Part shown: positions 28,922 through 57,598 of the stretch, piece after piece
Layout: each line of letters starts with the position of its first letter
Numbering within the stretch: position 1 is the first letter of the stretch
Source: Phoronis australis
Taxonomy: Eukaryota; Animalia; Phoronida
Assembly: GCA_002633005.1 (NCBI GenBank)
Contig: NMRA01000130.1
Span: 553,065 to 617,064 of the forward strand
Direction of reading: 5' to 3'
DNA length: 64,000 nucleotides
Notes under the pieces: model-generated
Database searches by the model: none
Seen by the model: the letters and a program-made list of their open reading frames with translations, nothing else
Told to the model about the DNA's origin: nothing
Program-made: the position numbers and the translations under genes

Positions 28922-30967
28922 ACCTTTGAACCCGAAGAATCGTAGAGTGAATAAAAACACACATCACAAACGCGTGACGATAAATAGTATGGCACCCTAC
29001 AATTGCGAATCGTGGACTTCGTGACAATGTCCACACACCGGACTGATTCATGCCATTAAAAGTGAGCTTAACTTTATTCTGCGATTTGCATTCTCTTACA
29101 TCTACAACCAGCAACCGAACAGGTCTCGGAATATATCACAATCTCTTTAAGCAAGTCAAAATAAGCCACAGTAATGCCTGTGAGGCGGCGATTTGCGTCA
29201 AGATGGACGCTGGTCGCGACAGACTTGTTCCAGACCTGCCCCGTGTAAGAAATCAATTCAGTTCGTAACTTTCTGTTACAAATGACAAGATCGCAACAAG
29301 GAAAAATAAACAAATGAATGATGAACATGCGATCCATCACACGTAACTTTCCAAAGACTTTCAAAAAGTCTTAGGACCGGATCAGAGATTTCAATGGTAC
29401 AAAAATTACACCAGTAACGCTTATTAGAGCATACAGTACTGAGGCATCTATTCAGCTAGCAAAGGATTTTTATCTAGATAACTACAGCTGCTCATGCATT
29501 CTGGGAGTTGAAAAAGTGAAAACGTGGACATTTTTGAGGGAGTGTTAAGCCTAAGATAGGCAGAAACTTCAACAAGTGACAGCTACCAAGTACAAGCCAT
29601 TTCATATTTAGTTTTGTTAATAAATTTAACAAATTAAATCTATCTTGTGTGCCATACCGTGCAGAAATTAGGTGCTGCACTGGTATCCCGACAAGAAACT
29701 CAAGCGCCCACCACTAACTCTTCCTCGCAATAAAGTGTCCAGTTTGTTTTCAAAATTGCACGTCAGAAGCTGTGCTGAAAGAATCGAGCGTTGTATTACG
29801 GTAGAAATTCTCCATTTTGGGACAGTGAAGACTTAATTATTTTGCTCAAGGTCAGAGCTTGTCCCAAATTCTAGAAATAGGCAATATTGGTCGTCCCAAC
29901 TTCAAGAATCACCTGAAAAACAGCAAAATCACCCACTCTGTAGATTGAAAACACATCATTGTCCAAAACTCGAGAAATATGGTGAATGCCAAAATTGCCC
30001 TTGTCCCAAATTCCAGAATCAAGAACATTTTTCTGGAAGTTTTTGTGTCCCAAATTCTAGAGGCTGTCCTAAAATGATGAGTTTTTACCGTAACTCACAG
30101 AAATCTGCACCAGTAAAACATGATTAATGGAAACGCTGCTGTGTGAACTTAAAATACCAAGACTAAAGAAATACAAACAAAAAGAACATGTTGACAGTAA
30201 CTTGTGAAAATTCAAGCCGTGACATCTTCCATTATTTTTGTGGTCATTCATTTTTGCCCGTTCTCGCTTGTCGCTTATCTTGTGGTTATTTCATATTGCT
30301 AAGAAATCAAAAATCAACAAAGAGTTCCAACAGGACTGCACTGAACCCAACTACAGTAAATGATCATGCAGCCACACACTACTGGCACTTTTGCAAATGT
30401 CCAATACAGGTTCAAGATGGCTGCGTTTCCTTGGTCACCATAGAAACCAAAATATAAAACAATGCACTACACACTCGACGCTTCATAGACACATCACAGA
30501 ACGTTACATGGCATCTTTTCCATTCACATCACACGGCCATAGTCCAGCCACTCAGTGGCTCCGCCTGCCAGACAAGCTGGAAACATATTCACTTAAGGCC
30601 AGCGTTCGTGAGTGAAAGCTCGAGAAATCACAGGGTGCTCTTGGTAATGAGCACGATATCTCATGAAACCTTGCGCGACCTTGCCTATGGTACAATCTCA
30701 CCAAATTTGGACGAAAATAACGGCCAAAACTGCTCGATTTCAAGGGCTTCTAGCACAGTTAAGAATGCCCACATCTTTTCAAAATACCGCATACTGGTAG
30801 CTACGAGACTAGAAAACAGCAAATTATTAATTTTGGTTGGTGCTACCCGTTTCTTATGAAATACAAGAAATTAAACACGTTTTACTCATATGTCCGCCAC
30901 AACCCATCCTTCATTGGTGAGATTTCCCTTAGTGAATTTGGCCCAGGCATCACATGCCCAGTGCACT

Positions 30968-47367
<16,400 letters not shown>

Positions 47368-50300
47368 CTTGGTGGGTTGAGAAGTAACGAGTTGAAGGGA
47401 AATCTGCAAATCAAATAAAACTGATGCAAGACTGTACAACTATTTGTATTCCATAGCAGCCGCATCTTTTGAGTGTGGTGAGTTCAAACTAGTGAACAGC
47501 AAGTGCTTGAGCGCAAGGTCACGACCTTACTAGCGAACACTGGGAAAATGGTTGCCACTGAAGTGATTGGACGGAGAGAGTAGACTGTTGAATTATGGAA
47601 TAAAATTCAATGTTTTCATTCCATACGCTAAGCTTCTCGCAGCAAGTGTCACACAAGTATCTATACAGAAACTTGTTCTACAAAAAAACTTTTGTTCAAC
47701 CCATGTGTAACAGAGAACTCACAAAACTTGGATCTAGGAATAGGATGTGTGGATCGCAAGGAATGATCACCAATGGGAATCATTCGCAAAGCAATGACAA
47801 ATGGTCACGTTAGAACGATGACCCTTACCAGCCCCCCTGGATCAACAATACAATCTGGTCGCACAGGCACTCTCCAGTGCAGTGGATAATTTAGGAGAAC
47901 ACTTCACGACATGCACTTTCAATCTTTCATAGCACTTGACAGTTTACTATAGGGATTGAGTGCCAGCTGAATCAAGAACAAGCTCAATCACTGGTCTCCG
48001 ATGACGGGCAGGGTAGGAATTTTTAATGATTGATATCGTCTTTGGGCAACATTTTTGATCACTTGGTCAAGTACTGAGTACCCATTTTCCCCATTGCTAA
48101 AGCACTGAGCTGGTCGGGACATTGGACATTACCACGGTAACCTATCCATTAAGGCCCTTTCAGCACAACTTAACTTTGGTACACTAGGACCATTAATGAA
48201 AATTGCTAAGCAAGATGGCGCTGCGAAAAATTTGTCCATGCATAACTATTTAGATACTAAGAATGACTTCAGAGACACCGAAGTTAACATTTGAACACCG
48301 GATTGAAGCGATGACGCTCTGCTTTTAAATCCACCTATTTACTGGGAACTTAGTTTGTATTTTAACTTTCATCTTGGACTGAAGTAAACCTTTCACACCG
48401 GCCAACAACCCCTGACATTGATACATTGGTGTAAAAGCCCAATCCCACAACTAAAATGCTTTGCGAGACTCTCACCGGAAGAGTAGAGCGACGGTCGGTC
48501 AACCCTGTGTCCAGCCTGCATGAGACTGGGTCCCACAGGCACTCGGATGGGTTACATTGCACGACGTCAAGAACATAGCAGAACACTAGAGTGGTGCTAG
48601 CAGGGACCAGATTGAACCTTTTATTAACAAGTTATCAGTCCTACAGCCAATTTCAGGTTATGTAGGACTATACAAAAATATCCAAATTTGGCTAACTTTG
48701 GAAAATCAAATCTCAAAAATGGCTGATCGGATTCATATGTAAGTTTCAGATACTATGTTTTAGGCACTGGTCTCCCCAATGCAGTTAGGAATTGTCTTTA
48801 AAATAAATGTTCCACTTTTGCATGAGAGGCTATTAAATACAAGACTTGAAATCTTATCTTGAATATTTTCATGAAATAACATCAGGTTATTGATACCATT
48901 GTTTTGTCAATGATAAAACGACATGGTCACTTGACTCAATTACTGACAGCTTGGTAATGAGTAAAAAATAAAGATAAGCTTTTACGGAGTTGAAATCTAT
49001 GGTTTTGTAAGTATTTGACTAAATGCACACACTTAATAATGTCCCACCTAACTTTAAGCTTACTAAAATGAAATTCCAACAATTGAATGCCACTTCATAT
49101 CTAACCTATTCAGCTTGGTATTTGGACTGTTGGCACTTAACATTTCTCAAATGAAGAATTTGTAACAAGGTTCACGTAGCACCAGGGGGTGCTCCCACAA
49201 GGTGAGGGGGGTGGGTGGCACAGACAGGCAGTCGACTTCAGTGTGTATTTTGGATTTTCAGATTTCATCTCGGGCAGGAGTAGGATCGGAGGTAGTGTTT
49301 AGTCTTGCAATTGACTACAGTATGATATTTCATCATCAGCCATTTTCTCACCTAATAGAGAATCCTAGAGGCTCGATAACTCGTGGTTCAGAGAGCACCC
49401 TAATACTGAGCAAAAATTAAATTACGGAGGTTGGTTGTTCACAAGCAGTGCTTAGTATGAAAACGATTCCACTTTAACGTTAGCACTTGGCACACATGAA
49501 CAGGACATTGACATCGCTTGGGGGGCGGGGGGGGGGGCAGCATTCACAGTTTGATCATGGAGAGTTTGAACGTAGTATCGTACCATAGCAACGTTAAAAA
49601 AAATTGGCTAGATAATTGACATCACGAAGCATGCTTTAATTTGTGTTTACTTTCCCAGTCATATAAAACAGAGCATACTCAGACTAACTAAGCGTCTGTA
49701 ACTAGAAGTGACACGGTTTGTGATACTGCCGTGAAGATGCAGTTAAACAAGTATCAATTCGTGCAGTGTGAACTCATTCAGTGTCAACACTTTGTAGTGT
49801 GAACGCAGCATTAGAGAGTTAAGTCAGAATCTCCAATGTCAAATACAAAAACAGCTGTTCAACTGAATTTGACATTCAGAATAAAGGATAATTACAGCTT
49901 CAAACTTCATTGATAACTTGCCTTACAATGACACAGGCACAAGAATAATACAACTGGCAGAACCTATGTTTGCTAAACAATACACATCAAAATTCACTAG
50001 AAGAACATCGAGTGTGGACGGAGGCATACCGAGGCATACCGGTGAATCATAAATCATCTCGTCACTAATCAGTACTTGAAAACTCCAACGATCCGGGACG
50101 TGTAACCGGTACAATGCAAAATTACAGAAAATAAACACAATGGCTCTTACCCAAACACGGGCACAAGCAGGCAAGTCTACACTATCAGTATGGACGAACT
50201 ACTTCTTCCATATTGGTCAAATCAAATGACTGCATTTAGCCAACAGGAGGCAACTCATTCAGGGATGACTTGCGTTCATGGCTAACCAAGTATGAATGGT

Positions 50301-50700
50301 ACAGACAATGTGATAAAAATCAGAAACTTAGTTAATCCAGTTGATAAATCAAAACTGGTCGGGGAACTCCTGACCGGCTATTGAGTAGTGAGAAACTGAT
50401 TTAAATCACCTTAAACTCCTGGACACTCTGCACAAGAGCGCTGACACATTTATGACAAGCGCATAAAACAATAACACCATTTTTTTCTGCTGTGACTCAC
50501 AACGGCCGTATAAAAACTGGAGTAATTGTTATGGTTTCAACGTCGTCGTTGATGGAGTTACCCAATTAGCAACAGGCAGCAGATAAAATGGGGTTAAGCT
50601 GATGAGGTAGATCCAATGTGGCCGACATTTAATGGCCCCAAGAGAAATGACTTTATTACTTCAGAGAATTTTGACACGTGACGATAAGTTAACCCATCAG

Positions 50701-51132
50701 TCACGCACGCTGCCAGTCCAGTCGAGTTCGGATGAAAAAGTATCCTACTTCTTTCCATTTCTCTGAAGATTTCATGAACGAGCCGTTCCAATTTCAAGAA
50801 ACGTTGCAAAAAGTCATCCAAATTTTAGAAAATCTTTGCCAATTAGGAAAGTAGTAATAGATCATACTTTGTAAATGAAATGGCTTTTAATAAATTATTG
50901 CTGAAAGATTCACGCACGATGCCAGTCCAGTCCAGTTCGGATGAAAAAGTATTTTACTTCTTTCCATTTCTCTGAAGATTTCATGAACGCGGATAAAACG
51001 AGCCGTTCCAAATTCAAGAAACGTTGCAAAAAGCCATCCAAATTTTAGAAAATCTTTGCCAATTAGGAAAGTAGTAATAGATCATACTTTGTAAATGCAA
51101 TGGCTTTTAATAAATTCTTGCTGAAAGATTCA
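50701..51132. repeat. Recent ~210-bp tandem duplication
   Basis: 50701-50909 and 50910-51132 are nearly identical; the second copy has an 11-bp insertion (CGGATAAAACG). Confidence 0.9.
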
Positions 51133-52889
51133 GTGCTTACAATCCTACGCTGTCTTGGAAGATTTAGAACCACAAGATGAATCAATGTTAAATTGATAAA
51201 AATCAATTTGGTTACAAAGATTCGGTCTACATTGGTAAATCTAGCGTGTTTATAACGAAGAAAAATTTTCTTTTTAAAATTTTCAAGGAATTTGACTATA
51301 GAAAATTTTACTCTTTCACCATATCTTGTATTTTACATTAAAGAAGGATTACGAGATAATACGATAAAATTTAACCCATTTGGTAGTGAAAAATAAATCA
51401 TTTTGCTCTGGGTATGAGCTTGTACCAAATTCTAGAAATAGACAAGATTATCTGTGCCAAATTCAAGAGTTTCCATCAACCACAAATGATCATGCACACT
51501 ATGAGCTACATGAAAACGCTGAGTTGGCAACTATTTTCAGCCGATTTCATGCATAAGCCCAACTTCAGACTCTGTTGATATAAAGCGTAGTGACCCATAT
51601 TTGAGAAATATGAATGCCAAATTTAACCATGTCCCAATCTTCAGAATCAAGGAAAATCATTTTTGACTTGAATTTCGATGCCCAAATTTTAAAGACTGTC
51701 CCAATTTTTTTAGACTACCCAAACTGGAGAATTTTTACCATACACAGCAGAGAAGGTGAAATGACTTGGAAACTTTTGCAGGATTACGGTGAAGTCTCAC
51801 CAATCTTGGACAGAAATAATTGCCAAAATTACTCTTCTCCATTTTTCAAGCGTTCCTAGTATTCTTACGATCACATTTTTTTAAAACATTATCTTTGTGT
51901 AGCTATAATATAGAACTTGAACACGAAAAAGGATCTATTTTGTGCGAGATGCCTTCCGTGGAAAAAAATGAGAAAGTAAAATTTCACTTGTCAACCACGT
52001 TGTGTCCTAAACTGGTGACAATTTTACCGGACTTATATTTTTTGCAGCTCACATACTGGCGTTGTGGTGATAAAAAGTTGAAGTGTTAGACAGAAACCAG
52101 AATACAACATTAGACCATCCATCACTACACTGAATCTTGGATGACCGTGCACATAGCAAGATGGGGAAAATTCAATTTAGTTGATGGAGAGTGAACGGTC
52201 TATACACGAAGCCATAATCATATTTGCTCAATGTGACACTTCCGTTTTCCATCTCAAGATTTCGTAAGAGGTCAGTGCCCCAACTTAAACGTCACGAGTC
52301 TGAGCTCAGACACGGTTGCCAAGGGTTACCAAATTGGAACAAGAGCCGACAGAAAACGCATTCGGTAAGGGTGACACTGAAAACGAAAAAGCTTTCAACT
52401 AGTTTGAACAGAATTTGGTCATTTTTGCTAAAATGATGGTGTAAATTTTACAATCCGTTTCACAACAGTTTGGTGATGAAATGAATGAATTCGAGAACTT
52501 ACCGCAAGTGACCATTGCTTTTTTACCATACCAACAAAGAAACATGTCATTTCATTTATTTGCTGGCACTAGCACTTAACACAAAGTTAGGGAAAGTTAA
52601 CAAGGAAGTTTATGGCACTACCACGTGTTTTCAATTTGCTAACATTAGCACAGAAACTTATCAGGTTGGCTACATATTGACTGGTCATATCAGAAATATC
52701 ACAGAATCATCCAAACGACAAAACACACATTGCTACAGAAACACGAAAAAGAGCAACACTGGTGATTATTTCTATCCAAATTTGAGAGATTTTACTATTA
52801 CTGAAACTTACCATATTGGGTGAAGGCTTCACCTTTTTTTCAAAAATACAAACTAAAGGCATTGAACTTCCCTGTATCAGCTCTTGGCC

Positions 52890-53140
52890 GGTCTTATCAC
52901 TCTTTTCAAATAATGGGAAAATGGACACAGCAACTTATGGTGTCAGCTATTGGCTGGTCTTATCACTTATTCAATGAATGGTAAAATAGACACAGTAACT
53001 TACGGTGTCAGCAATTGGCTGGTCTTATCACTTTTTTCAACAAATGACAAAATAGACACAGTAACTTTACATGTCAGCCACAGGCTGACCCCATCTCCAA
53101 TTTCAACGGAAGACAACATAGGCAGCGAAACTTACCGTCT
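52890..53140. repeat. Diverged ~65-bp tandem repeat x4
   Basis: GGTCTTATCACT..TTCAA..AATG..AAAAT.GACACAG.AACTTA.GGTGTCAGC.ATTGGCT occurs at 52890, 52956 and 53021, with a degenerate copy at 53087. Confidence 0.8.
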
Positions 53141-53239
53141 ATTTGATGGCAAGATCACCGAATTTGCCGAAGGAGAATAAAGACGGCTACAGTAATTTCA
53201 TGATCCCCTCATCCTGCTTGCAGTTTTACTCAACAGATC
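53136..53239 (-). other. SPOP: Candidate SPOP 5'-UTR exon (104 nt)
   Basis: Strong acceptor TTTTCGTTTCAG|GATC and strong donor ACG|GTAAGTT. It lies upstream of the acceptor of coding exon 1. Confidence 0.55.
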
Positions 53240-56200
53240 CTGAAACGAAAATTAAGGGATTATTGATAATGAGTCAAGTGGAGAGTCAAGAGCCGCGTTA
53301 ACGTAATTTTTTTTTTCCTGACAATTGAGAGGGAAATTCACAATGTGAGTTTTCAGCATAATGGATTAAGTTGTTCATACTGCAAGGACTGAACTGCCTC
53401 ACAGAATATAAAAGATTAATGAATGAAACTATTCTGGGTAGAGATTTAGTAATGCAACCAGCACGAAGTATTTGCTGCGGGGTTATAAAACAAAGATAAA
53501 ACAGTTCTTAGACAATGCCTTAAGCCATTATGATAATTCCTTCAAAAACCTCGTATTCCACGTCATTGAATAAGGAGTGTACAATTTTGATAACCATAGA
53601 CCCCATAAGGAATTTGGACTTTTAGTTACTCAAACTCAAATTCCAACTGGGCATGAATTCTGGCCATGGGCACAAACCCCGCAGGTATAAACTTGATACC
53701 ATGGCAACTCCTCAATTATTTTGCACAAAAAATAATTGCGACAATGGACATTTTTCTAAGGCTGATTATGTTACAGCAAACAATGGAAATTTATATTGTA
53801 GGACACCTGCACAGAACAAACCAAGCTAATTAGTAGTCTTAATTTTTCTTAACATTTTGCTCTGGGAAATTTGACAAAATAGGATACACAATATGCTGCC
53901 ATATTATTGGCAAAACATGTAAAGAAATACCGTGTACTTACTCTTTACCTCAATACGCAATTCTGTTTTGTGCAGTTTCTCAACAAAAATAAAACGGGTA
54001 ACAAAACACCCATAGGTCACTTAAAGCATGTTTTGTACTGAAGAATTTTCAACAAACAAAAGATAGTCACATTGTGGTTAGGCGGTAAACAAGAAGATGC
54101 AGGCACCTGTACCCATACAGTGCAAGCCAAAAGAATTCAGAGAAAATGACCCAGAATTCCTTGTAATGATGGCTGGGTGGAAGAGTAGCCTCAAGGTCAA
54201 GAATTAAGGTAAATTAACAGGAAAGTTAGTGAAGGTGGCTAAGTTACTAGAACTCTGTAGCCATCACAGTCGTTGTCAGTCAGGTTCAATTGTAACAGAA
54301 TTAGCCGTCATGACGGAGAAATAGTATTTTGTTCCGATAACTTTTGTTAGCTACGTAAAACATGATCTATAAAAACATAAAACTTTTGTAGACTCTTGAA
54401 GAGAGCGTGAGGTAGGAAATCGTGCACGTTTTCTATGCTTGTGAAAGTACGATAATTGTGAATGTCTTACTTTTGCAAGAATACATTTTCTCAAGCGTAT
54501 TTTTGCAATTATCGATAAAATACTGCTGAAATAACATATCGATAAGAAAATATCGCTAATGCACCCTACAGATAATTGAGTACCAGGGTGTAGTCCCAGA
54601 TAGGATGTTGAGGGGATTCCACGCAGTTTGCCAAAAAGTTGTAAAGCAGTCGTAGTTTTACGACGTCGTAGTTTTACAACAGTGACTAACTTACAAAAAT
54701 TTCCATATAATTTCTGATTTCAAAAAATAAATTATTTTAAAGTTTGAGGAGTACAAACAAACAGGGAAAAGCATATGTGATAAGCATGACAAAATTAAAG
54801 AAATGTAGACAATTTCAGATAAGGAGAATCAAAGTATGGTGAAATCTCACCAATTTCGCACAAAAAAATTGCCAAAACTGCATTTTTTTTGTTTTCAAGG
54901 ACTTCTTACATAGTTGTGAATGCTCACAATTTTCCAAAATATTGTCTGTTGGTAGCTATGGTAACATAACTTAGATATGGCAAAGTATCATTCGGATACT
55001 GTATATCATTTATGAAAAAAATGAAAAAATAGAATTTCACCTGACCAAAATACTGTGTCCTAAATTGACAAGATTTTACTGCATATATGGATATAAAAGA
55101 CCAACTGTAACCAGTTCAAGTGTCTGGTGAGTACTTAAATGTCTGGTTACTCCCCTTATTTCTTTCAATACAAATGCACCATAATAACTGCATGTCATTT
55201 CCCCTCAAGTAATACATCTCACATACCTTTAGATATTTTGAAAACTATATTTCATCCTGTTCAGCTGGCTAAGAAACGATAATCGAATTAGGACTTCTAC
55301 TCTTGTAAAATCGGTCTCATAATTCCTTGCCGTGATACGATTTCGTTTCAGCATCCAACTCAAATCTGAAGCGTTGCTGGTAGCGGAAATAAAATCCTAT
55401 CACGATAAGGAAGGTTGTAAGACATTTGATTAGAGTAAAGGGCCCAATTCGATTTCCGGTTTTAGACAGCAACGGTGAACAGAGCGAAATGCAGCTTGAA
55501 CTCATGCCTACAGAATGGTTTTGTTCTGCCTATACTTCTCGAGGTACTTCACATACGTTTCTGGTTTATTTTACCAAAAAAATTTGGCAATAATGAATAG
55601 GAAAAACTTATTTCATAATTTACACAGTTTATATCTTACTGCTGTCATTACAAAACAAATGATGAAATTATGCGCATTTTTACAATGCACCGAGCATTTG
55701 AAAAATGGAAAATCACAAATCTGGAAATTCTCACATACCAAAATCTTTGCTCTTCAGTTGTGAAGGTAGAAAAACGACCTGTATGATTAGCCTAGTTTTC
55801 AAAATGGAGGACTGCTAACACAACTTCTGAGTAGAGTGACACAAGGAGGAACATTTTATACTGGCTCTTTCAGCTTTTAAAATTTTCTATGAAAGCACTG
55901 CAACTCACTGTGTAACAGTAAAACAGTGATTAGAACAACTCAGCTGTGGGACAAATACCCCATGGATGCACAGAATTGTGGGTAAATACCGCACAATAAG
56001 AGAGGGCGCTATAAATGGGAAGTGGTTATTGTTTTTTGTTGGGTTTTGAGGAAAGTTGACCCTATATGTACCAACACAATTGCAATGAAAATGGTTCCTG
56101 AAACAAACAAAGTATCCAGAAACAGAACAAATTTTAAAACATGCAATTCACATTTTATTTCAAGGCCAAGAGGCAATTAAAGTAGACAAGGGTGGTTCAA

Positions 56201-57186
56201 TGAAGTACCATTCTGAGAACACACCTAGATTACAAACACGTGGACTCTTTGGTAAAATCTCACCAATTTAGAACACATAATAGCAGTCAAGTGAGTTTTT
56301 TTCACAAAAGATATATATCACAACATATAAATGCTTTATCATTTCTAAATTCTAAACCAAAACTACCAGCAGTGAGAAATTATTGGCATAAACAACGATG
56401 TTTGACGACTTGGAGAAAATCAAATTTGATAATCCTTTTTGTTTGAAATAAGTGAGATTTTACCTACCGAAATTTAAAACTTGGCAAATACCATAAATTT
56501 GTCATCTTATTACCTGACAGTGTAATAGTAAAAACAGTAAGCATGACCAACTGTTTCAACACATATCAAGGGACTCCAAAATCTGTGAGTAATTTAACAG
56601 CAATTCATTATAACCAGGGTAAACTTTCTAGGTTGTTTGCATCGTCAACGATTCCTCGTAAACTGATAGGGATTTGCATTCTACATTTCACGTCCTGACA
56701 TTGGCATCTTTAGAAATCAAATAATACAGCAGTCGGACCTACGCCTATATACAACTCAAAACGTAATACAGTGTGTTTACTGAGGGTACAAGCAAGCGTG
56801 TGCGTTCACCAAATTGGGTCACATTTAATTTGAAAGGACAACAGATACTTTTGGTGCTACCAGTACAGAAAGACCCATGGAAAACAACCTATCATCCAGC
56901 AGCTGCCTCTATGTATATAAAGTAAGACAAACAGGCCTATTTTTTATACATTTATAAAAAGGTTAACGTTCTGAATGTCCTCATCAGACCGTAGTCTGTT
57001 TGGCATCTAGTGCTTTTTAATGCAACCATATACCTGTCCGCCCTGTTTTTTTATAGTAGAACCAGACGTGAACTGGTGAAGCATACCATCTGCCAAATGA
57101 GACAAAATTGGAAGAGTCCAGTTCACTCAGACAGGGGTCTGGCCACTTGACGAATGCCAAATGAACATGACATTTCAAGTACTATA

Positions 57187-57598
57187 AGTCCAGTTTAGAC
57201 ATCAACTTTTTGGCCTGGTGCAACTGACACGGAGCCAATTGAGCCGTGTCAAGCGGCCGTTTACACACACACACAACTCACTAACCGTGGCAAGACGTAA
57301 ATTGAAGGCTAGAGAGACTGGATCGCACATGCGCAGGTTTACAAATGACGAGAGTTGCAGAGACAAAGAACCCGTACGTAGGTCATTGCACAAGTAGAGA
57401 TGATCTTTTCCGCCTTACTCCAGTTTCGCGTTTAGACTTATAATTGACACGGCACAAGATGTTCGGGCGCAAATTACTCTACCTCACAAACGGGTGGAAA
57501 AAATTTGTCATTGCAGTGTCAATTTGTCCGTTTACACACTGGAACAACTTGTTCCCTGTCAGCTGATCCGTGTCAACTTTGTAAGTGTAAATAGCACT
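57187..57598. mobile_element. Decayed Harbinger-like MITE
   Basis: Ends AGTCCAGTTTAGACA and AGTGTAAATAGCACT, with internal CCGTTTACACAC and TGACACGG/CCGTGTCA repeats. Confidence 0.45.
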
